From Candidatus Poriferisocius sp. (lineage in GTDB: Bacteria > Actinomycetota > Acidimicrobiia > Acidimicrobiales > Bin134), in contig NZ_OZ241965.1 of the NCBI RefSeq assembly GCF_965204015.1, positions 53,782 to 117,781 of the forward strand: a stretch of DNA of 64,000 nt, given 5' to 3'. Position numbers and translations under genes: made by a program. This document shows, in pieces, positions 48,704-60,100 of the stretch. Numbering within the stretch: the first letter of the stretch is position 1; every line of letters begins with the position of its first letter. Below the pieces are notes generated by a model. It made no database searches. It had not been told where the DNA came from and saw only the letters and a program-made list of their open reading frames with translations.

Positions 48704-49431
48704 CGGGGCGGGGGCGGGTCGGCCAGCAGCTCGTTCTGCTGCTTGATGATCTGCTCGATCCCCGATGTGGCCAGGTCTAACAGCGCATCCAGCTGGTCTC
48801 GGCGAAAGGGCTGGCCCTCGGCGGTGCCCTGTACCTCCACGAAACGGCCCGACTCGGTCATTACTACGTTCATGTCTACTTCGGCGGCCACGTCCTCCTC
48901 GTAGGGGAGGTCGAGCGATGGGACCCCGTCAATGACCCCGACCGACACCGCGGCGCACGCCTCGATCATCGGGTGCTGTTCGATCTGGCCTGCGACCACC
49001 AACCGAGTGAAGGCATCGTGCAGGGCGACATAGGCGCCGCTGATGGCGGCGGTGCGGGTACCGCCGTCGGCTTGCAGCACATCGCAGTCGCAGACCACTT
49101 GGCGCTCGCCGAGCTTGGCGGCATCGGTCACCGCCCGCAGCGAGCGCCCGATCAAGCGCTGAATCTCCTGTGTGCGACCCGACTGGCGACCTCGAGCGGC
49201 CTCCCGGTTGACCCGCTCAGGAGATGAGCCCGGAAGCATCGAATACTCAGCAGTGACCCAGCCGGTTCCCCGGCCCTTCATCCATCGGGGGACATCGGAG
49301 TCCACCGACACAGTGCACAGCACCCGGGTGCGGCCGAAGGAAACCAGCACCGAACCGTCGGCCATCTCAGTGAAATCCCGCTCAAAGCGGATGGGCCGCA
49401 GCTCATCGGCCGCCCGGCCGTCGAATCTCAT
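48700..49431 (-). CDS. rph: ribonuclease PH
   Basis: GR...ELR.I........A.GS.L..FG.T.VLC and [16 protein letters not shown]. Overlaps the rdgB start by 4 nt. Confidence 0.95.
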   Translation of the reverse strand: MRFDGRAADELRPIRFERDFTEMADGSVLVSFGRTRVLCTVSVDSDVPRWMKGRGTGWVTAEYSMLPGSSPERVNREAARGRQSGRTQEIQRLIGRSLRAVTDAAKLGERQVVCDCDVLQADGGTRTAAISGAYVALHDAFTRLVVAGQIEQHPMIEACAAVSVGVIDGVPSLDLPYEEDVAAEVDMNVVMTESGRFVEVQGTAEGQPFRRDQLDALLDLATSGIEQIIKQQNELLADPPPPR

Positions 49432-49459
49432 GTTTCTATCCCATTCTTCCTATCAAGAG

Positions 49460-49518
49460 GAACGGCCTCGACTCTGGCGGGATGAGTCGAGGCCGTTCGG
49501 CTGGAGCAGTGCTCCAGC
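49460..49518. other. two adjacent perfect stem-loops between cysteine synthase and rph
   Basis: gaacggcctcgactc-tggcgggat-gagtcgaggccgttc (15-bp perfect stem, 49460-49498), followed directly by gctggag-cagtg-ctccagc (49500-49518). No U-tract on either strand. Confidence 0.6.
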
Positions 49519-49621
49519 GTGGTGGTGTGGTTTGGGTGGACGAATTGTAGCAGTGCGGCGCGCTTATAGCACATCATGGAAAAGAAAACCTGCCCCACTG
49601 GCAATTTCTTGAAAGCAAGGA

Positions 49622-50572
49622 TCAGAAGTAGATGATCGACTCGGCTCGGGCCGTTACCTGATCGATCGGATCGGTCCACGCTCCAGTGGACAGGTACTTC
49701 CAACCGCCGTCGGCCGACACCGCAACGACGGTGCCTTCGTCGGTCCGCTCGGCCACCCGAGCCGCCCCGGCCAGCGCCGCTCCAGTGGAAATGCCGGCGA
49801 ATATTCCCGCCTCTTCAGATAGCCGCCGGGTCCACTCGATCGATTCCCGGGGACGCACAATGCGCTTGCCGTCTAGGAGCTGATCGCCGCCCCACTTCTC
49901 GTAGACCGGGGGGATGAACCCGTCGTCGAGGCTGCGAAGGCCGTCCACCATCTCCCCCGCGGGGGGCTCCACGGCCAGCACCTGCACCGAGGGCTTGCGC
50001 TCCTTGAGGTAGGCCCCCACCCCCATCAGGGTTCCGCTGGTGCCCAGCCCGGAGACGAAGTGGGTGATCTGGGGGCAGTCGGCGTAGATCTCCGGGCCGG
50101 TGGTGTTGTAGTGGGCTCTGGGGTTGGCCTCGTTGCCGTACTGGTACAGAAACGCCCACTCCGGGTTGTCGTCGGCCAACTTCTGGGCCAGGCGGACGGC
50201 GCCGTTCGACCCCTCGGTGCCCGGCGACCAGATGATCTCGGCGCCGAACACTTCAAGGAGCTGGCGTCGCTCGGCCGAGACGTTCTCGGGCATAACGATC
50301 TTGATCGGGTACCCCCGAAGCCGGGCGATCATGGCCAGGGCGATCCCGGTGTTGCCCGACGACGGCTCGATGATGGTGCGACCCGGTTCCAGCGTCCCGT
50401 CGGCCTCGGCTTCGAGGATCATCTGGCGGGCCACCCGGTCTTTCACCGAACCGGCCGGGTTCACGCCCTCCAGCTTGACGTGGATGGATACCGACGGGTT
50501 GGGCGACAGCACGGTGACGTCCACCATCGGTGTGTTGCCGATGAGATCAATCACCGATTTGTGCGCAGCCAC
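49622..50572 (-). CDS. cysM: PLP-dependent cysteine synthase (CysM/CysK family)
   Basis: GNTPMV......KLE..NP.GSVKDR.A, SSGNTGIALA and G.GTSGT.MG motifs. Sits directly downstream of a JAMM (Mec-like) gene, as in the CysO-dependent pathway. Confidence 0.85.
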   Translation of the reverse strand: MAAHKSVIDLIGNTPMVDVTVLSPNPSVSIHVKLEGVNPAGSVKDRVARQMILEAEADGTLEPGRTIIEPSSGNTGIALAMIARLRGYPIKIVMPENVSAERRQLLEVFGAEIIWSPGTEGSNGAVRLAQKLADDNPEWAFLYQYGNEANPRAHYNTTGPEIYADCPQITHFVSGLGTSGTLMGVGAYLKERKPSVQVLAVEPPAGEMVDGLRSLDDGFIPPVYEKWGGDQLLDGKRIVRPRESIEWTRRLSEEAGIFAGISTGAALAGAARVAERTDEGTVVAVSADGGWKYLSTGAWTDPIDQVTARAESIIYF

Positions 50573-50582
50573 AGGTTCCAGG

Positions 50583-50999
50583 CTACCCCTCGACTAACAC
50601 CGGCTCTTCGGTTATCCCGCCATCGAGAATGCGGTAGCAGCGCAGCGAGGGCTCAGGATCCTTCAGCGAAACGATCACGTAGAGCAGCGCCCCAAAGGGG
50701 TCAAAGGCCGAGGCATCGCGCACGTCGGTAGGCGACGGATAGGCGGTGGTGTGGGTGTGGGAGTGCATCACCGCCACCAGCGCCAGACCCTCGTCATCAG
50801 CGGTCCGCTCTACCTGGAGATACTCGGCATCATCCAGCCGATATATCTGGCTCGACTCCGCCGCATTGCGCACCGGGAAGAACCGGTCGACCACCTCTCC
50901 CCCACCAGGAGCCGCCAACAGCCCACACGCCTCATTGGGCAGCCCCGAAAGCGCATGGGCAATGACCTCCGAATAAACCTCACCACTCAACCGCAGCAC
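50583..50999 (-). CDS. Mov34/MPN/JAMM-family metalloprotease (Mec-like)
   Basis: 138 aa with EACGLL and the JAMM motif HSHTHTTAYPSPTD. Confidence 0.85.
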   Translation of the reverse strand: MLRLSGEVYSEVIAHALSGLPNEACGLLAAPGGGEVVDRFFPVRNAAESSQIYRLDDAEYLQVERTADDEGLALVAVMHSHTHTTAYPSPTDVRDASAFDPFGALLYVIVSLKDPEPSLRCYRILDGGITEEPVLVEG

Positions 51000-51082
51000 T
51001 CGCTCACCCTACCCCTGCCCCGGCCTCATTCAGCCGATTTCGGTTCTCCCTGTCATCCTGTTCTGCCCATAGCCTGCGATGT

Positions 51083-51586
51083 ATGGCTCGGCTGTTCTTG
51101 GCTGTATTTCCGCCGGCCGACGTCATCGAGCGACTGGATGAGGTGGAGCGGCCGGAGGTGGAGGGGGTGCGGTGGACGAAGCGGGAGCAGTGGCATATCA
51201 CGTTGAGGTTTCTGGGGGAGGCGGAGGCTGAGGACGTGGATCGCAGCTTGCGGGGGTTTCGGGGATCGGCGGCCTCAGTGCGGTTGGGGCCGGTCAGTAG
51301 GCGGCTGGGGGCGCGGGTGCTGGTGTTGCCGGCGGCTGGGCTGGGCGAGTTGGCGGCTGAAGTGCGCACCCTGACCGCGGACATCGGGCAGCCGCCTGAC
51401 AAACGAGACTTCACCGGACACCTGACGCTGGCCCGAGCTCGCAAGCGGATACCGGCCACGGTGGTCGGGCTGCCGTTCGAGGCTGAGTTCCTGGCCACCG
51501 AGCTTTGGCTGGTGGACAGCGAGCTCCACCCCGACGGTGCCCGCTATACCCAGCTCAGTCATTGGCCGTTGGAGGTGGCGAGCTGA
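51083..51586 (+). CDS. thpR: RNA 2',3'-cyclic phosphodiesterase (2H family, ThpR/LigT)
   Basis: Two H.T. motifs (HITLRFLG and HLTLAR) at the expected spacing. Confidence 0.85.
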   Translation: MARLFLAVFPPADVIERLDEVERPEVEGVRWTKREQWHITLRFLGEAEAEDVDRSLRGFRGSAASVRLGPVSRRLGARVLVLPAAGLGELAAEVRTLTADIGQPPDKRDFTGHLTLARARKRIPATVVGLPFEAEFLATELWLVDSELHPDGARYTQLSHWPLEVAS

Positions 51587-51598
51587 AGGGAGTCTTGC

Positions 51599-52249
51599 TC
51601 AAGTCTCCTCCACGAGGGGGACGAACCGCACCGGACAGAACCGCTTGGAGGTGGTCTCGTCCCCCATCCGGGTAACCAGGGTGAGGTTCTGGGAGAAAGA
51701 GGGCGGCCCCACGGGGATGACCAGCCGGCCGCCGTCGGCCAACTGGTTGATCAGCGCCGGAGGGATGCGGAAAGCAGCCGCGGTCACGACCACTGCGTCA
51801 TAGGGGGCGCCGGGGGGATAGCCCTGCGACCCGTCGGCGCACACCACGGTGGCGGTGGCGTATCCCAACTCGGCGAGCACTCGGGCTGCGGCGTCGGCCA
51901 GCTTTCGGTGGCGTTCCACCGAGACCACTGAGGCAGCCAGCTCAGCCAGCACGGCGGCCCCGTAGCCCGAACCGGTTCCCACTTCCAGCACTCGATCCTG
52001 CGGCCCAATCGCGGCGGCTTCGGCCATGAGGGCCACGATGTAGGGCTGCGAGATGGTCTGGCCCGCGGAGATGCCCAACGGGTAATCCTTGTAGGCATCT
52101 CCCGCCAGCGATCGGGCCACAAAACGGTGCCGGGGCACCGTTCTCATGGCCTCTAGGACCCGCGGGTCGCAAACTCCCCGCCCTTCAATCTGACGGCGCA
52201 CCATGGCCATTCGCCGGTCTCGGTGCCGGTCTTCAGCAGCCCTAGCCAT
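51599..52249 (-). CDS. pcm: protein-L-isoaspartate O-methyltransferase
   Basis: GQTISQPYIVALM and VLEVGTGSGY.AAVLA SAM motif. Confidence 0.9.
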   Translation of the reverse strand: MARAAEDRHRDRRMAMVRRQIEGRGVCDPRVLEAMRTVPRHRFVARSLAGDAYKDYPLGISAGQTISQPYIVALMAEAAAIGPQDRVLEVGTGSGYGAAVLAELAASVVSVERHRKLADAAARVLAELGYATATVVCADGSQGYPPGAPYDAVVVTAAAFRIPPALINQLADGGRLVIPVGPPSFSQNLTLVTRMGDETTSKRFCPVRFVPLVEET

Positions 52250-52294
52250 GGCTAATGATGCTCCAACCGCACCTACCTAGGCGCAGAGAAGGGT

Positions 52295-52744
52295 CTATGT
52301 ACGCCCTTGGGCCTTCGCCGCAGGGTAAACGCCGGTCTCCTCGAACACCGCTTGCAGGGCGTCGGCATCGCGGGTGAAGTCTCTGTCAAGGGGGGCAGTG
52401 ACTCGCTCGGCGTCGGCATCCCAGGGCGGTGCCGGTGCCCACCAGGGCGGCATCTCGGATCCGCCGTCGTCGGTTTCTTCGGGGATGAAAGCCAGGCACC
52501 ATTGCCAGGAGCCCCTTTGTTCAGGGTCGCCGCTGTCAGGATGTCCCTCGGGGGGAACCAGGGCATAGGTGAAACCCGGGCCGGGACCCGACTTCTCAAC
52601 CTGGCGAGACGGGAGGTGGCGAGAGCGCGGCAACCGGGCGGCGATAAACGGCAAGGACAGCAGCAACAGCACGATGAGGGAAGTCACTACCGTGGTCAGG
52701 TTCAATTCGGGCATATCAGGTGTCTCCGGCGAGAGCAGACCCAT
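52295..52744 (-). CDS. hypothetical membrane-anchored protein
   Basis: 149-aa ORF with a single N-terminal TM (TTVVTSLIVLLLLSLPFIAA). No recognised domain; start uncertain. Confidence 0.5.
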   Translation of the reverse strand: MGLLSPETPDMPELNLTTVVTSLIVLLLLSLPFIAARLPRSRHLPSRQVEKSGPGPGFTYALVPPEGHPDSGDPEQRGSWQWCLAFIPEETDDGGSEMPPWWAPAPPWDADAERVTAPLDRDFTRDADALQAVFEETGVYPAAKAQGRT

Positions 52745-52827
52745 GATCTACTCAAGCAACACAGGCCCCTAGAGCCCCACCCGCAACAAAAGCGTACCCA
52801 CCTGTTCCACAAACGTCAATCGGCAAT

Positions 52828-52849
52828 CTTGCCTGCGGAATGCAGGAAG
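52828..52849 (-). terminator. possible stem-loop downstream of the ADH gene
   Basis: cttgcctgc-ggaat-gcaggaag lies 3 nt past the stop. The stem is imperfect with no clear U-tract. Confidence 0.3.
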
Positions 52850-52851
52850 AC

Positions 52852-53934
52852 TCAGATCACCACAACTGAGCGGAGCACTTCTCCCCGCTCCATAGCGTGA
52901 AATGCCCCTTCAACGCCTTCCAACCCGATGGTCTCCGACACGAACCGCTCCAGGTTCAGCCGCCCCTGGAGATACAAGTCGATCAGCATGGGGAAGTCCC
53001 GAGACGGCAGACAATCGCCGTACCACGAGGACTTGAGCATGCCGCCCCGGCCGAATACCTCGATCATCGGCAACTCGATCTTCATTTCGGGGTTGGGCAC
53101 CCCTACCAGCACTACCACTCCGGCCAAGTCCCGGGCGTAGAAAGCCTGTTCGTAGGTCTGGGGCAGGCCGATGGCCTCGATGGCGACATCCACGCCGTGC
53201 CCGCCGGTCAGTTCTCGGATCCGCTCCACCGGATCCTCCCGAGCGGAGTTGATCGTGTGGGTGGCGCCGAACTCTTTGGCCCACTCCAGCTTGGTGTCGT
53301 CGATGTCTACCCCGATGATGGTGTGGGCACCGGCCAGCCGGGACCCCTCGATGGCCGCGTCGCCTACGCCGCCGCAGCCGAACACCGCTACCGAATCGCC
53401 CCGACCGACACCGCCGGTGTTCATGGCCGCGCCCAGACCGGCCATGACCCCGCAGCCGATCAGCCCGGCCACCTCCGGGCTGGCCTCGGGGTTGACCTTG
53501 GTGGCCTGGCCCGCGGCGACCAGCGTCTTCTCGGCGAAAGCGCCGATGCCCAGCGCAGGTGACAGCTCCTGGCCGTTCAGGGTCATCTTCTGGGTGGCGT
53601 TGTGGGTGGCGAAGCAATACCACGGACGGCCCCGATCACACGATCGGCAATTGCCGCACACTGCCCGCCAATTGAGGATCACGAAGTCGCCGGGGGCCAC
53701 ATTGGTCACACCATCGCCCACCGACTCCACGATTCCGGCAGCCTCATGGCCCAAAAGGAACGGGAACTCGTCGTTGATGGCCCCCTCCCGATAGTGCAGA
53801 TCGGTGTGGCAGACCCCGCAGGCCTGCACGGCCACCACGGCCTCGCCCGGTCCGGGGTCGGGTACCTCGATGGTCTCGATGCTGACCGGGTCGCCCTTGG
53901 CCTTGGCGATTACGGCTTGAACCTGCTGGGCCAT
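52852..53934 (-). CDS. class III Zn alcohol dehydrogenase / S-(hydroxymethyl)mycothiol dehydrogenase-like
   Basis: [11 protein letters not shown]...[30 protein letters not shown] and GCGGVG. AAGGAG lies 6 nt before ATG 53934. Confidence 0.9.
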   Translation of the reverse strand: MAQQVQAVIAKAKGDPVSIETIEVPDPGPGEAVVAVQACGVCHTDLHYREGAINDEFPFLLGHEAAGIVESVGDGVTNVAPGDFVILNWRAVCGNCRSCDRGRPWYCFATHNATQKMTLNGQELSPALGIGAFAEKTLVAAGQATKVNPEASPEVAGLIGCGVMAGLGAAMNTGGVGRGDSVAVFGCGGVGDAAIEGSRLAGAHTIIGVDIDDTKLEWAKEFGATHTINSAREDPVERIRELTGGHGVDVAIEAIGLPQTYEQAFYARDLAGVVVLVGVPNPEMKIELPMIEVFGRGGMLKSSWYGDCLPSRDFPMLIDLYLQGRLNLERFVSETIGLEGVEGAFHAMERGEVLRSVVVI

Positions 53935-54068
53935 CTGCTGCTCCTTTTGCCTGGCCATCGGCCACCACAGCCGCGGCCATCTGCCGCGAATCTACTACGC
54001 CCTGAGAATGCCCGGTGGCCAACAAGGGCCGAAAAGGCGAGGCCAGCCGGTCGGGTAAGGCGAGCCGG

Positions 54069-54962
54069 TCAGGCGTCTAGGAAGCGGCTCACTGCGATGC
54101 CGGAGCCCACCGTGCCCACGATTGCGCCCAGTCCAACCATCTGGAATCCCAGTGTCCAGACCCGGGAGGGATCGACGGTGAACCCCCGCAGCAGTTCCAG
54201 GGACACGTCGTCGTTGATCACGCTGAAGAAGTTGTTGGTGAGCCAGATCAGCGGTATGGCGATAACTCCGCCGATGAGCCCTTGGATCAGCCCCTCGAAC
54301 ATGAACGGAACCCGGATGAACCAGTTGGTGGCCCCCACCAGCTTCATCACCTCGATGTCTCGTCGGCGGGAGAACAGCGCCATCCGGATGGTGTTCAAGA
54401 TCAGCACGGCGGCGGCCACTAGCAAGACGATGGCGATGATGATCACCCTCTGGCGAAGCCCGCTGGACAGATCCTCGATGGCCCGGATGGTCTCGCTGGC
54501 GGTGACCACCTTGGCCACCCCCGGCTGGGCCCGGAAAACCGAGGCCAACTCGTCCACCCGCTCTGGGAGGGTGTCGGTGGGCTTGACCCGGAACGACGCC
54601 GGCAGCCGTTCAGGGGTGATCACGTCCACCAGCTCTGGCGAGTCGCCCAGCAGATCCTGCACCTCGGCGTAGGCCTCGTCTTTGTCGATGTAGGTGAATC
54701 CGCTGACTTCGGGGGAGCCCTCGAGTTGGCGGCGGACGTCGGCCTCCAGCTCGGGGCTGATATCGGGCTCCATGAACACAATGAACTCCACCCCGTCCTT
54801 CCAGCGGACGGTGGCGTTGTCCACCGCGTCACCGAACAGCAGCGCCGCGCCCAGCAGCGTCAGCGAGATGGTGACGGTGATGACGGTGGCCAGGGTGAGG
54901 GTGATGTTGCGGCGGAAGTTGCTGATGGTCTCCCGCAGGACGTAGTCCAACCTGAGGCTCAT
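54069..54962 (-). CDS. ftsX: cell-division ABC transporter permease FtsX
   Basis: 297 aa. N-terminal TM, periplasmic domain and three C-terminal TMs with RRR(D/E)I.VM.LVGAT..FIR.PF..EG. Confidence 0.9.
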   Translation of the reverse strand: MSLRLDYVLRETISNFRRNITLTLATVITVTISLTLLGAALLFGDAVDNATVRWKDGVEFIVFMEPDISPELEADVRRQLEGSPEVSGFTYIDKDEAYAEVQDLLGDSPELVDVITPERLPASFRVKPTDTLPERVDELASVFRAQPGVAKVVTASETIRAIEDLSSGLRQRVIIIAIVLLVAAAVLILNTIRMALFSRRRDIEVMKLVGATNWFIRVPFMFEGLIQGLIGGVIAIPLIWLTNNFFSVINDDVSLELLRGFTVDPSRVWTLGFQMVGLGAIVGTVGSGIAVSRFLDA

Positions 54963-55015
54963 CGGCTCACGTCCACCGATCGACCCCCGCTGCCGGGATC
55001 ACTCTTGCCCATCGG

Positions 55016-55693
55016 CTATTCGTACACGCCCCGGGACTGGTCCCGGACAATCTGGCCCCGGTCGAGCTCCACAACCCGGCGGCGCATCTTGTCGACAATG
55101 CTCCGGTCGTGGGTGGCCATGACCACCGTGGTTCCGGTGCGGTTGATGCGGTCGAGCAGCGTCATGATGCCCAACGAGGTATTGGGGTCGAGGTTCCCGG
55201 TGGGCTCGTCGGCCAGCAAGATCAGAGGCCGGTTCACGAAGGCCCGGGCGATGGACACCCGCTGCTGCTCCCCGCCCGACAGCTCGTCGGGATAGTTGTG
55301 CATCTTCTTGGACAGCCCCACCAGTTCCAAAATGGCCGGCACCTTCGACTTGATCACGCTGCGGGGACGGCCGATCACCTCCAGGGCGAACGCCACGTTC
55401 TGGACCACGGTCTTGTTGGGCAAAAGCTTGAAGTCTTGGAAGACGCAGCCGATGTTGCGCCGCAAAAAGGGCACCTTCCAGCTCGGCAGCTCGCCGATGT
55501 CGCGGCCAGCCACGAAGACCCGGCCCCGGTCGGGCTTCTCCTCTTTGTTCAGGAGGCGCATGAAGGTGGACTTGCCCGACCCCGACGGACCCACCAAGAA
55601 GACGAACTCCCCCCGCTGGACCTCGCAGGTGGCGTTTTGAAGGGCGAGCACCTCGCCCTTGTACACCTTGGTGACATTCTCCATTCTGATCAT
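55016..55693 (-). CDS. ftsE: cell-division ATP-binding protein FtsE
   Basis: [13 protein letters not shown] start, Walker [19 protein letters not shown] signature, Walker [12 protein letters not shown]. The ORF-track N-terminal extension is rejected. Confidence 0.95.
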   Translation of the reverse strand: MIRMENVTKVYKGEVLALQNATCEVQRGEFVFLVGPSGSGKSTFMRLLNKEEKPDRGRVFVAGRDIGELPSWKVPFLRRNIGCVFQDFKLLPNKTVVQNVAFALEVIGRPRSVIKSKVPAILELVGLSKKMHNYPDELSGGEQQRVSIARAFVNRPLILLADEPTGNLDPNTSLGIMTLLDRINRTGTTVVMATHDRSIVDKMRRRVVELDRGQIVRDQSRGVYE

Positions 55694-55911
55694 GCGATGT
55701 GAACTCCGAACTACCCCCCGGCAGACAGCCCGCAGTAGCAAGCTGTAAAGCTCGACCCACGCTATCACCAGCGCCCGGCCCCGACGACGCACCCAAGGGA
55801 GGATCACCTTCCCCTGGGAGCGTCATCTGGTTTGGTCGCCTCATCGCTGCTGGGTGCGAGGACAGTTTCTGCCAAATCCTACGTGCTATATCTGTTTTTC
55901 AAGGATAAACT

Positions 55912-57078
55912 GTGCCGATGTCATTGGTGGACCGGCCAGCCGACGCCCAGAGCCTGAGAGAGGCGGTTTCCCGCGCTCCAGTGACGCTGCTCACGGGACC
56001 TCGTCAAGCAGGAAAATCCACCTTGGCCCGCCAGAACATCTCCTCTTCCCGATCAGCCTTCTTCGACCTCGAAGACCACCGCGACCTCGCTCGCCTCGCA
56101 GAACCGACCCTTGCGCTACGGGATACCGGAGAAACAGTGGTGATCGACGAGGCCCAGCGGCTCCCGGAGCTCTTTCCAACTCTCCGAGTCCTCGTCGATG
56201 AGAGCCGCCGCCCAGGCCGGTTCGTCGTTCTCGGCAGTGCGTCGCCAGACATCGTGGGACTCGCCTCTGAGTCGCTGGCCGGTCGGGTCACGTTCGTTGA
56301 GTTGGGAGGCTTTCGGCTGTCTGATGTCGGTGCCGACGCACTCGATGGACTTTGGCTGCGCGGCGGCCTGCCCGAGTCGTTTCTCGCCGAAACCGACGAG
56401 GCATCGAACCGCTGGCGCGACGACTACATATCCACCTTCCTCGAGCGCGACCTGGGCAATCTCGGCTTCCGGTTTCCGGCCACGACGATGAGGCGTTTCT
56501 GGACGATGCTGGCCCACTACCACGGGCAGACCTGGAACGGAGCCCGGATCGCCCGCTCGATCGATGTATCGGAGCCCACTGTCAGGAGATACGTCGACGC
56601 GCTCACCGATGCTCTGGTCGTGCGCCAGCTTCCGCCTTGGTTCGCCAACATTTCGAAGCGCCAGGTCAAGTCACCCCGGGTCTACATACGGGATTCAGGG
56701 CTACTGCACCGTTTGCTGGGCATCAACAGCATGCTCGAACTAGAGCGTTCCCCGATGCTCGGCGCCAGTTGGGAGGGCATGGTCGTCGAGCAGATCCTCG
56801 CCAGATTTGCCAACGCCAATCCGTCCTATTGGTCGACCCACGGTGGCGCCGAACTCGATCTCCGCCTGGAGACAGACGGGCGAGTATTGGGTTTTGAGAT
56901 CAAGCGCACCTCCCAGCCAGCCGTGTCCAAATCCATGCACAGCGCTCTCGCCGACCTACATCTAGACCACCTATACCTCATTCACGCCGGCCCCCACCGC
57001 TTCCCCCTCACTGACCAAATCACAGCGATCAGCGCCACCGACCTCCTCACCCACGAAGATCCCCTGAGCATCGTCTGA
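55912..57078 (+). CDS. AAA+ ATPase with DUF4143 C-terminal domain
   Basis: Walker [15 protein letters not shown], Walker B VVIDEAQ, and a C-terminal region of the AAA_14/DUF4143 architecture (...YIRDSGLLH...). The start is GTG 55912 or ATG 55918. Confidence 0.8.
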   Translation: MPMSLVDRPADAQSLREAVSRAPVTLLTGPRQAGKSTLARQNISSSRSAFFDLEDHRDLARLAEPTLALRDTGETVVIDEAQRLPELFPTLRVLVDESRRPGRFVVLGSASPDIVGLASESLAGRVTFVELGGFRLSDVGADALDGLWLRGGLPESFLAETDEASNRWRDDYISTFLERDLGNLGFRFPATTMRRFWTMLAHYHGQTWNGARIARSIDVSEPTVRRYVDALTDALVVRQLPPWFANISKRQVKSPRVYIRDSGLLHRLLGINSMLELERSPMLGASWEGMVVEQILARFANANPSYWSTHGGAELDLRLETDGRVLGFEIKRTSQPAVSKSMHSALADLHLDHLYLIHAGPHRFPLTDQITAISATDLLTHEDPLSIV

Positions 57079-57101
57079 ACCTGGCCGTCTGCTCGTGCTG
57101 G

Positions 57102-60100
57102 TCAGAAGGGCGGTGTGTTTTCTCGCCCCTTCCACCACTCGGGGATGTTGCGGTGGGCGGTGAATTCGGCAATTCCGACGGGAATCCTGAAGTGGTCGGT
57201 GATCCTGGCGTAAATCGTCAAGGAATAGTCTTCGCCTTCCACGAGTTCTCCCCGGGATTCAGAAAACACGATCCGTGGTTCCGTGGTCACACAGAGATCA
57301 TTGACACCTGGGGAAGGGCAACGATTCTCAGGGGAATAGATTTCATACCCTCGGGCATTGGGGACAGGATCCCAGCTCAACTCGTACTCGATGGGAAACT
57401 CTCCTGTGGTGCCCTGCGGGTAGAACTCTAGGGAAGCAGGAATAGCGCGTACTCCTATGTCGTATTCATCCCCTAATATGGTGAACTCGACTCTGCTGCC
57501 TGGAGCACCGCCAACATTGGTGAGTCCTCGGACTGTCACAAAATATGAGCCCGGCAACAACTCCTTCGGCAGCGGAAACGTTCTTGTGGACGAGGACACT
57601 TCATGTCGTTCGACTAATTCCCACATCGAACCGTTGTCTCGTTGAATCCTGATTTCGTAGCCGTCTATTGGTACGGGGTCTTCAAGTTGAATTGGCTCTT
57701 GCCAGACTACGGCAGCTGTACCATCTTCAACTTCTACGATTCCGGTATTCCTCACACCGGGCAGTTCCGGTACGAGTACGCACGCAGGATGGACTTCACC
57801 TGTAGGCCATCCAAGGTTGCGTCTCGCGAAACAGGAATAGACTCTGGAAAAAGCCGGAATGTCTGATGTCACACCTAAAGTGCGGCTCGACCCTTCTGCG
57901 GCGACCCCACGAGTAGGCCCAATTTTTGCCCCGTAGAAATGGGGAACTCCGAGGTTGTGGTCCAGTTCGTGGCCCGCAACACCGAGGACCCACGCAAGTT
58001 CGCGCCCCGAAGGTGCTTGCGGAGCTTCGCTGCGCGGATGAGGGTGGAAGATCCAGCTCAACGGGCCACCTAGCATGCCCAGGCCAGCGGGGGCATCGTC
58101 GTGGTTGGCACCTGAGGTTCCATACACGTAGAACTGATGGGCAAGACCGCCCTCGCCAGGCCCCTCGTAGACCTGCTCCACGCAAGACTCCCCTGCGTCG
58201 ATCACCGGCTGATACTCATATGGTTCTTCGAGCACGCGACCTGCTTCGAATTGAACACTTAGCAGTCCAGATGACTGCCAGTCATAGAAGGGTGCGATTT
58301 GTTCGTTCAGAGCGTCGACATGGTCGCCTATGAAGTCGGCAGGGATGTACGGGCGTAGTTCAGGGGTCGTACACACATGGAATTTGACCCGGAGCAGCCC
58401 CCGCGGCTCATCCCACCAAGAATCTTTACCTACGTCGGCACTGAAATAGTGACCATCACTGGTGCTTGGAGCAGAGAACGGATCCGTCTGGCCAAAGCGA
58501 CCTTCTCCCCAGCAGACGACGGCTCCGTCGGACCCGATGGCACAGTTGTGATAGTCGCCGGCGGCAATAGAGGTGAATCGGCCTGCTGGCGCGTCGGTCT
58601 GGCCGGAGTTGTTGTTGCCCCAGCAGGCGATGCCCCCATCTGTCTTGATGGCACACGAGTGGACTACGCCAGCGGCGATGGCGTAGTACCGCCCTGAGGG
58701 AGCGTCTAACTGGCCATACTGATTGCGGCCCCAGCAGGTAATGGTTTGATCAGTATTGATGGCACAGAAATGGGCGTCGCCTCCAACGATCGCGGTGTAG
58801 CGGCCCGCGGGTACATCCGCCGTGCTGAAGTGGCTGCCCTCCGAGCAGGCGATGGTTTGATCAGTATTGATGGCACACCAGTGAAGGGTGCTGAAGTCGA
58901 TAGCAGTGAAACGACCACTAGGAATATTGGCTTGACTCCCCGGGCTGTTTCCCCAGCAGGCGATTGACTGATCGGTTCTGACCCCGCATGTGTTGCTTCT
59001 ACTGGTAGTGACGGCGGTATATCGGCCCGCAGGCGCTCCTGCCTGTATATAGGGATTGTCACCCCAGCAAACGATGTTCGAGATATCGGAATCGAGCACG
59101 AGTGCGCCAATTTTTGTCTTGGCGACGATTGCGCACGAATGGTCTCGGCTGGCAGCAATGGAGGTGTACCGACCTGGGGGAGCGTCTGACTGGCCGTAAT
59201 CGTTAAGGCCCCAGCAGGCGATGGTCTGATCAGGCTTGATGGCACACGAATGATCACTGCCGGCTGCGATAGTTGTATGTGTGGTGATTGCCGACTGGGT
59301 CGCTCTATCCCTCAAGACCCAGTTGTTGTCGCCCCAGCAGGCGATGGTCTGGTCGGTTCTGATGGCGCACGAATACCAGCGGTCGGCTGACACGGCGGTG
59401 TATTGGCCGGCGGGGGCGTCTGTCTGGCCGCCGCTGTTGATCCCCCAGCAGGCGATGCTCTCGTCGGCTTTGATGGCACACGAGTGGCCGTGAGCGGCGG
59501 CAATGGCCGTGTATTGGCCGGCGGGGGCGTTTGTCTGGGCCCCGCTGTTGAGGCCCCAACAGGCGATGGTCTGGTTGGTTCGGATTGCGCAGGAGTGCCA
59601 TTCGCCGGCGGCGGTGGCGGTGTAGCGGCCCGCAGGTACTTGGGCGTGGGTGCTCGTGATGCCGCCCCAGCACGCAATGGTCTGGTCGACTCTGATGGCA
59701 CACGCGTGCCTTGAGCCGGCGGTAATAGCGGTAAATTGGCCCGCCGGCACATCTGCACTAACTCCGAAGGTGCCGCCCCAGCAGGCGATGGTCTGGTCGA
59801 TTCTGATGGCGCACGAATGCCCCGCGCCGCCGGCAGCGATCGCGGTGAATTGGCCTGCGGGAGGAACTGACCGGAGGGCGGTGCGCTCGTCTCGGTTGTA
59901 TCCCCAGCAGGCGATGGTCTGGTCGTCTTTGATGGCGCACGAATGGACGCCGCCGGTCGCGATGGCGGTGTATCGGCCTGAGGGGGCGTCTGACTGGCCG
60001 TAGTCGTTGCGGCCCCAACACATGACGGCTTCGTCGGTGTTGATGGCGCACGCGTGGTAGCGGCCGGTTGCGATGGCGGTGTAGTGGCCCGAAGGCGGGA

